Made by a program: the position numbers and the translations under genes
Assembly: GCA_965243205.1 (NCBI GenBank)
Contig: CBDEUK010000002.1
Span: 160,001-224,000 of the forward strand
Direction of reading: 5' to 3'
From: Gammaproteobacteria bacterium
GTDB taxonomy: Bacteria > Pseudomonadota > Gammaproteobacteria > Eutrophobiales > Eutrophobiaceae
DNA: 64,000 nucleotides
Notes under the pieces: model-generated
What the model was told of the DNA's origin: nothing
Seen by the model: only the letters and a program-made list of their open reading frames with translations
The model's database searches: none
Shown: positions 58,013-64,000 of the stretch, in pieces
Layout of the letters: every line of letters starts with the position of its first letter
Numbering within the stretch: the stretch's first letter is position 1

Positions 58013-58828
58013 TTATTGTAATAATAATATTTCTCCGAGACCTTTGTTGCCGAGGTCTCCAGCATAACGAATTGCCTTGGGAGAATACTGGTTCAGTTTA
58101 GATAACGGTTGCCCCATCTGCGCAAACTGTTTGAACAACAGATTAAGATAACCCAATTCAAGCTCACCACAGTCTCTGAATGTGGCAGATAAATTCGGTT
58201 GGTGCGTTAGTATAATCGTTCCGCGTTTCATTGCATAGCCGGAATATGCACCAGTTTCACCCATGACTATGACAGTGCCAGCGATCATTCGAGAACCACA
58301 GTAATTTCCAGTGTTTTTGCCAATAAAAATAGTGCCTCTGCGCATCCGATCAGCAACTCTATCACCAGCATTACCAGAAATTGTGATCATGCCGCCGCTC
58401 ATACCTTGCATTTCACCTGTTCTACCGGCACCAACGAAGTTACCAGCATTGCCTTTGATATCAATTCGGCCTTTTTTCATATTAGCGCCTAAAAAATCAC
58501 CAACAGAACCTCGAATGCTTAATTGGCCCCCTGACATGCGACTGCCAGCATAATGACCAGTAGGTCCTTGGACTTCTAGGTTGCCAAACGACATTCCTTC
58601 GCCAATATGATGTAGTTTTTTATCACTGTTAATGATTTGAATGTTCTCGGTATCAGAACCTTTGACTTTGAATAATTCACTGACACGGATTGTTTTCTTA
58701 GCCGTTTCTAAACGAATGTTTTTAATTTTATCCAGTGTCTTACCAGCGAGGGCATCGGGAGTAAGAGGAGAAACATCGATAGCCAGCTCCGGTTTTACCT
58801 TAAGTTCAAATACTAATGGGCGAGGCAT
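58013..58828 (-). CDS. fhcC: Formyltransferase/hydrolase complex subunit C
   Basis: GXGXG repeats (G.GM..G.L.V.G), RMRRG, RMIAGT, YAGD....G.GEIL. Confidence 0.92.
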   Translation of the reverse strand: MPRPLVFELKVKPELAIDVSPLTPDALAGKTLDKIKNIRLETAKKTIRVSELFKVKGSDTENIQIINSDKKLHHIGEGMSFGNLEVQGPTGHYAGSRMSGGQLSIRGSVGDFLGANMKKGRIDIKGNAGNFVGAGRTGEMQGMSGGMITISGNAGDRVADRMRRGTIFIGKNTGNYCGSRMIAGTVIVMGETGAYSGYAMKRGTIILTHQPNLSATFRDCGELELGYLNLLFKQFAQMGQPLSKLNQYSPKAIRYAGDLGNKGLGEILLLQ

Positions 58829-59721
58829 TATGCTATCTCCTGTAAATGAAAATGGAACGGGCCTAGTTTCCCACCATAGTTACCAGCGCTTATTTTATAA
58901 ATACCGCGTTTAGCACCAATAGAGCAGGCGGCATGTATACCAACCCGCATGGCTTCCGCTGTGGCTTCTTCAGTCATACCATCAATAACAATCTCTAATA
59001 CAGAGCCAATGCGTTCATCTAGGTTGCTTTTCACCTGACCTTTTAAAGTCGGGCAATAAGCTTGGTTGGTTGATGCAGGCAGGTAACTGTATTTTGAACC
59101 GACTTTTGAACCAGAGCCAACCACACCTCCAGGGAAAGAGGTCACAACATCATCAATTTTATTAATTTCTTTTAAGGCTTTTTCGCAGGCTTTAAGGCCT
59201 ATTTCTGCATTTTTAGCTAGGATTAAAAAGTTACCACCACCAACGGCATTCACCATACCAGTTGTGTGTTCACACACAAACTCACCATGCATAACAGGAA
59301 TTCGCCAATACCGAATGCCATTAATTTGTTTTGAGATTTGATAGCCATCGCCAAAGTAGCGTAGGCTTTTTCCCATAGCGAGTTTCTTTTCGCTTGGGCT
59401 ACCAGAAAAACAGGCAGAGGTAGCACAGGTCATAACGGATTGACCCACACGTTTGACGATTTGATCTTGTAATTGTTTTTTCGACATAGCAAAGATCAAA
59501 ACAGAATAACCAGGTCGGCCATCAGGCGTTTCTTTAGGGCTGAGTTTTTTCTCAATGCCGGCTTCACAACCACAGGCAATCACAGAAGAAGCAAAGCCGG
59601 TTAAATGGTTAGCGGCAGCATAAGCCCAATGATCCGACATGCCAGTAATAATTAAACGCGAAGCCTTCATAGGGAAGGCTTCGGCAAAGGTTTTTTCGAT
59701 TTCTACACCGTTTATTTTCAT
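58828..59721 (-). CDS. fhcD: Formylmethanofuran:H4MPT formyltransferase (FhcD/Ftr)
   Basis: TFAEAF, SVIACGCEAG, ETPDGRPG, GGGNFL, SGSKVGS, SAGNYGGKLG. Confidence 0.95.
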   Translation of the reverse strand: MKINGVEIEKTFAEAFPMKASRLIITGMSDHWAYAAANHLTGFASSVIACGCEAGIEKKLSPKETPDGRPGYSVLIFAMSKKQLQDQIVKRVGQSVMTCATSACFSGSPSEKKLAMGKSLRYFGDGYQISKQINGIRYWRIPVMHGEFVCEHTTGMVNAVGGGNFLILAKNAEIGLKACEKALKEINKIDDVVTSFPGGVVGSGSKVGSKYSYLPASTNQAYCPTLKGQVKSNLDERIGSVLEIVIDGMTEEATAEAMRVGIHAACSIGAKRGIYKISAGNYGGKLGPFHFHLQEIA

Positions 59722-59729
59722 TGTAATTA

Positions 59730-61388
59730 TTACCTCACTGTAGGATGAACAGTGACGGAACCATGACAGTGTTCGACGATTTCATCATTATCAATTTTAA
59801 AGTTGTTTAAATTCATTGTGTGGTAGCGATCAAAGTATCGTTTTAAAGAGCGTTCAATACCTTTATCAAAATCCGGTTTAACAGTATGAGTTGTACCAGT
59901 AGTGACATTAACAATCTTGCCTTTTTCAGCGACAATAGTGCCATCTTTGAATACGAAATCGGGTTTCTCAAACATTCGTTCAGCATTTTTGTTTGGAGTG
60001 TAAACCGTGATATCAGCATCAGCTCCAGCACCTAAATGGCCTTTGCTGGATAAGCCAAGACTTTTCGCTGGAGCGGCTCGAGTCATAATAGCAATTTCTT
60101 CAAGACTGTATTCTCGATCAATACTGGCCAATGTGGTCATTGCTTGGGCTTCAGGATGTATTGTCGAAAGAATTCGATTTCTAAATGATCTATCCATTAA
60201 TAGACGAATCAAATGTGGATAGCTGGTAAACGGTGCACCGTTAGGATGATCGGTGGTTAAGAAAATACGCCACGGATCATTCACTAATAAGAAGATTTCT
60301 AAACCAATACACCATTGCAATGCATTTACAAAACTTTGGTCGCTATACTTGAATGGAACAACACCACAACCAGCATCACATTCAATATCCATTGCGACCC
60401 ATTTATTGGGTTTTGCATTTTTAGAGCCTAAGTATTGCTTCATAGTATCACCTGAAGCGGTTACGGTTTGACCAAATAAAATCTGTCCAACATCTAACGT
60501 AATGTTTTTATGATGATTAACTGCCTCAGCAATTTGTGCTGCGCCAGAGGAGAATTTTTTATCACCTTCAGTACCATAACTATGGAACTGAATATGGGTT
60601 AAATGCATGGGTAAACCTTCAATACCTGTAATGGTATCTAGGGTGGTATGAACATTACCTGGAACACCTAAGTTACAACCATGAACGTGTAATGGATGTG
60701 GCACACCGAGTTCATGCAAAGCGGTGGTTAAGGAATGTAAGATTTGTCTTGGCGTTACACCATAGAATTGATTTTCTTCATCTAAATCCAATTTTCGTTG
60801 ATTGAATTTGAATGCATTAATACCGCCAGGGTTAACAACTTTCATTGCCATGGCTTGGCTTGCATTCAGTGTCCATGCAACATAATCGTTGATGGCTTTT
60901 TGATCATTTTTTCCAGCAAGCATACGCAGAAAGAAATCATCACTGCCCATCATAGCGTATGCACCTTTATCTATGATTGGAGTATCGGCCATCTCCATAT
61001 GGGTTTGTCGGGCATTGCTGGGTAACATTGCAGGCTCAAAGCCAGCGGTATAACCCATCTCTGCATAACGATAACCTGTGGTTAATGTAGAAGGAGCAAT
61101 ATGACCACAGCCTGAACGAGTTAACCCGGTCTTCTTATCAGGATGTGCATCGTGATCTTCAGGTAACATCATCCGAGCTAAATTGACTTTACCACCACCA
61201 ATATGGGTATGGATATCAATAGCGCCAGCCATAACGACTTTGCCTTTTAGATTATAAACCTTATCAATATTTTCATTAGGATCAGGTTTATCGATGATAC
61301 GAGTATCTTTTATATAGATATCTTTTCGTTTGCCATTTATGCCATTAGCGGGGTCATAAACAGTTGCGTTGGATAATTTAATTAACAT
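59730..61388 (-). CDS. fhcA: Formyltransferase/hydrolase complex subunit A (amidohydrolase)
   Basis: DIHTHIGGGKVN, KVVNPGG, HPLHVHGCNLG, TTDHPNG. Confidence 0.95.
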   Translation of the reverse strand: MLIKLSNATVYDPANGINGKRKDIYIKDTRIIDKPDPNENIDKVYNLKGKVVMAGAIDIHTHIGGGKVNLARMMLPEDHDAHPDKKTGLTRSGCGHIAPSTLTTGYRYAEMGYTAGFEPAMLPSNARQTHMEMADTPIIDKGAYAMMGSDDFFLRMLAGKNDQKAINDYVAWTLNASQAMAMKVVNPGGINAFKFNQRKLDLDEENQFYGVTPRQILHSLTTALHELGVPHPLHVHGCNLGVPGNVHTTLDTITGIEGLPMHLTHIQFHSYGTEGDKKFSSGAAQIAEAVNHHKNITLDVGQILFGQTVTASGDTMKQYLGSKNAKPNKWVAMDIECDAGCGVVPFKYSDQSFVNALQWCIGLEIFLLVNDPWRIFLTTDHPNGAPFTSYPHLIRLLMDRSFRNRILSTIHPEAQAMTTLASIDREYSLEEIAIMTRAAPAKSLGLSSKGHLGAGADADITVYTPNKNAERMFEKPDFVFKDGTIVAEKGKIVNVTTGTTHTVKPDFDKGIERSLKRYFDRYHTMNLNNFKIDNDEIVEHCHGSVTVHPTVR

Positions 61389-61406
61389 TCAGGTTCTCGG
61401 TATTTG

Positions 61407-62696
61407 TTAAACGAGTTCGTGTATTTGTTTGAGTATGTTGCTAACACTGAGTAATTCAGATTTCCTGACAGAAGATAAGGTCATTGAAACAACATTATCG
61501 GTTCTGATCATTTGACCTCCATGATCCAAACCTGGAGTTCCAACGGAAATAAATACATCGGGTTCTTTTTCGATTTTGCTTTGACTATCAGCAAGTACGA
61601 TTGTCGGTAATTTTGTTTTGGGTGGTGGAGTGTCAGCGCCAAAAGAAGAAATCCAGGTTAAGCTATCAACTTCTGAGTTTGCGAGCAGACTTTCAGTATC
61701 GAAGTTATTGGGATCAAATTCTGGATATCCTTTGGTAAAACGAATAGGTAATGGATAACCACTTTGCCAAGCCGCAACATTATTAGCAGTGATACCACCA
61801 TTATTGCCGCCTAAAGAAAGACCACCGAAACGTTGTTCCACATTACGGTCTCTAACAAAATTACATAAGCTTTCGATGGTTAATTCAGCGTGTTCAAAAT
61901 CCAAAGCTGTCGGTGACCATACGACTACGCCGTAACTGGCCGAGGTGATTTTTTCTTTTAGTTCATTTAGTTGTGTGATCGAAACACCGTTAATGCGTTT
62001 CTCTGTAAATTCTTGGCCTGCCAATATGGCGTTTAATATACCAATCACTTCACCAATTTGGTTTTGTTCGCATTTAATGTGCGTTGGTTTTTTACCTGTT
62101 GGTGAGATTCCTGCTTTGGTTTTTAATTTATCGCCGATGTAGATAATTTCACGTTCACTGGTTTTCAAATCAAACATGGAATGTTCATTCCATACAAAAC
62201 GCTCAAAAAAGCGTTCGTAGCCTTGAGAAACAGCATCGGTGCCGGCCATAATGATTAAATCAGCTCGGTTCTTAACCTCAGTCAGCGTAGTTAGCATATA
62301 ACCGCGATCTTGCAATACACGATAATTTTTTAACGCGTCTTTGCTTCCCATGTGGTCGACGTAGGCGCCTTTCTTATCTGCCAATGCTAAGACAGCACGA
62401 GTCCCATCTACATCTGTGCCGAGGCCAGTGAATAGCGGTATTGAAGAACGCTTTATAATTTTCGCTGCGGCAGCTAAAGCTTCTTCTAACTCAACCTCTT
62501 TACCGTGAACACGGTAACTGGTGGTTGCGGTAGTTTTGGTAAAGCCTCTTTTGGAGCGTGCAGAACAATCGCTAGTTACATTGAGTTGGTTATTGTGATT
62601 TTCAATGGTTAAGTCATCACACAATAAACTGCTAAAAGGACATATGGTATTTTTATGGATTTTTGGTTTTACAGCTTTGGATCGCGTCTCATTCAT
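61407..62696 (-). CDS. fhcB: Formyltransferase/hydrolase complex subunit B
   Basis: CPF..LLCDDL, GLGTDVDG, TTL.EVKNRAD, WQSGYP, VGTPGLDH.G...R.D. Confidence 0.92.
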   Translation of the reverse strand: MNETRSKAVKPKIHKNTICPFSSLLCDDLTIENHNNQLNVTSDCSARSKRGFTKTTATTSYRVHGKEVELEEALAAAAKIIKRSSIPLFTGLGTDVDGTRAVLALADKKGAYVDHMGSKDALKNYRVLQDRGYMLTTLTEVKNRADLIIMAGTDAVSQGYERFFERFVWNEHSMFDLKTSEREIIYIGDKLKTKAGISPTGKKPTHIKCEQNQIGEVIGILNAILAGQEFTEKRINGVSITQLNELKEKITSASYGVVVWSPTALDFEHAELTIESLCNFVRDRNVEQRFGGLSLGGNNGGITANNVAAWQSGYPLPIRFTKGYPEFDPNNFDTESLLANSEVDSLTWISSFGADTPPPKTKLPTIVLADSQSKIEKEPDVFISVGTPGLDHGGQMIRTDNVVSMTLSSVRKSELLSVSNILKQIHELV

Positions 62697-63021
62697 AAAA
62701 TATTCTTCAAAGTTTATAATATTGATGGGTTTGAGTTTGTTGTAAATTTCATTTTGCTGAACGAAATTTTTCCGTAAAAAATTATGATCAAAATAAATGA
62801 AATGAAGAAAAAAGAAGTGGCAGAACCTTACAGCTCCCCCATCGCCACATGTTGCAAATCATAACAGTTCAAATTACAACATTCCAACAATACTCTGTTT
62901 TATCAATAAGTTCCCCATCTATAGATTTATAAATTGGATTTTGTCATTTGCAAATAAGAATAAGATGCTAAAATCGCGCCATAAATATGAAATTTAAACG
63001 GTTTGATAGTTACAGGATTTA

Positions 63022-64000
63022 ATGAACGATATTATTGATGAACAAGTAAAGGTCTCCGCCCCTGCAAGATTGCATATGGGCTTTATGGATATGCATGGTG
63101 GCTTAGGGCGTAGTTTTGGCAGCTTAGGGCTATGTATTGATAATATCGCAACGAGACTTACTGTTAGCCATTCTCATCGTATCAGCGCTTCAGGTCCTTC
63201 TGCAGAAAGAGCCAAAAAAATGGCATCTGACATCTTTGAGATACTCTCTATCCCAGGTGGTGTGCATATCGAGGTACACGAATCGATTCCTGAGCATGTT
63301 GGTTTAGGATCGGGCACTCAATTAAGTTTGGCCGTGGGAACAGCAATTACCCGATTAAAAAAATGTGATGTGCCTATTAAGCATATCGCTAGATTACTAG
63401 GTCGTGGCGACCGTTCGGGAATTGGTATTGGCGCTTTCCAATATGGTGGTTTTTTAGTTGATGGAGGACGAACGATTGATTCAGTTGTTCCTCCGATCAT
63501 TGCCCACCATTCTTTTCCTGAAGCATGGCGATTATTATTAATTTTTGATAAAGGTTTATCTGGTGTACATGGAGACTCAGAAAAAAAAGCCTTTGAAAAT
63601 GCGGCGCCGATGTCAGAAGATATATCTCAGCATTTATGCAGAGTATTACTCATGCAAGTGCTGCCTGCCTTAGTCGAGGAAGATTGTTCAAACTTTGGAA
63701 AAGGAATAACAACCATTCAGAACCATATCGGTGACTACTTTTCAAAATGGCAAGGTGGTCGTTATATTAGTGAGGATGTTGCGAATGTATTGGAATGGAT
63801 AGCTGATTCGGGTGTTGATGGGTTTGGACAAAGCTCCTGGGGCCCAACAGGCTTTGCTATCTACGATAATGAAACCGATGCTTATCATGCCGCTAAGAAA
63901 GCCCGAGAAAAATGGCAAGCAAATAGTAAGCTTGAATTTATTGTATGTCAGGCTCGTAACCATATGGCTGATGTTGAATTTATTACCCCCGAAAATCCGT
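63022..64000 (+). CDS. mptG: Beta-ribofuranosylaminobenzene 5'-phosphate synthase (runs off window; absent from ORF track)
   Basis: Manual translation: APARLHMGFMD...IPEHVGLGSGTQL...GRG.RSGIGIGAF..GGFLVDGG...GQSSWGPTGF; no stop before 64000. Confidence 0.92.
   Translation, partial: MNDIIDEQVKVSAPARLHMGFMDMHGGLGRSFGSLGLCIDNIATRLTVSHSHRISASGPSAERAKKMASDIFEILSIPGGVHIEVHESIPEHVGLGSGTQLSLAVGTAITRLKKCDVPIKHIARLLGRGDRSGIGIGAFQYGGFLVDGGRTIDSVVPPIIAHHSFPEAWRLLLIFDKGLSGVHGDSEKKAFENAAPMSEDISQHLCRVLLMQVLPALVEEDCSNFGKGITTIQNHIGDYFSKWQGGRYISEDVANVLEWIADSGVDGFGQSSWGPTGFAIYDNETDAYHAAKKAREKWQANSKLEFIVCQARNHMADVEFITPENP

Noticed and set aside
58013-62696. Methanogen-type formylmethanofuran dehydrogenase (fwd/fmd)
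   Set aside because: B-A-D-C order with Ftr and a B subunit with an eroded Fe-S motif match bacterial Fhc
1-64000. Short antisense or overlapping ORFs in the track (e.g. 22653-23087, 25592-26032, 28983-29360); CRISPR arrays, tRNA and rRNA genes
   Set aside because: The short ORFs are shadows of well-supported genes; no repeat-spacer arrays or structural RNA gene signatures were seen by eye

Overview
AT-rich chromosomal window from a gammaproteobacterial methylotroph or methanotroph-like organism (taxonomy inferred from gene content). Left to right: end of metA; a type IV minor-pilin operon (fimT/U-pilV-W-X-Y1-Y2-E); rpsP-rimM-trmD-rplS-ogt-xerD; an orphan HUH (RAYT/IS200-like) transposase; a TetR-MMPL-LolA-like-outer membrane protein cluster; an mxaD/mxaE-like pair; glycerate kinase, avtA and sohB. 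Next is an unusual 11-kb Pil-Chp-like chemosensory operon. It starts with a protein made of an ISL3-transposase-like N-terminus plus four ~90-aa repeats and a FIST-like protein, contains a sensor-less MCP, and ends in a REC-Ser/Thr kinase. This is followed by apparent c-di-GMP/cNMP receptors (FimX-like, MshEN-cNMP, PilZ-like), MerR-msrA, dsbC and waaA. The right end is a C1-oxidation island: SoxYZ-like carrier, lanthanide-type xoxF with a structured leader, xoxJ, a two-subunit NAD-linked formate dehydrogenase, fhcBADC and mptG (truncated by the window edge). No rRNA, tRNA or CRISPR array was seen. All calls come from motif recognition and synteny, not database searches.
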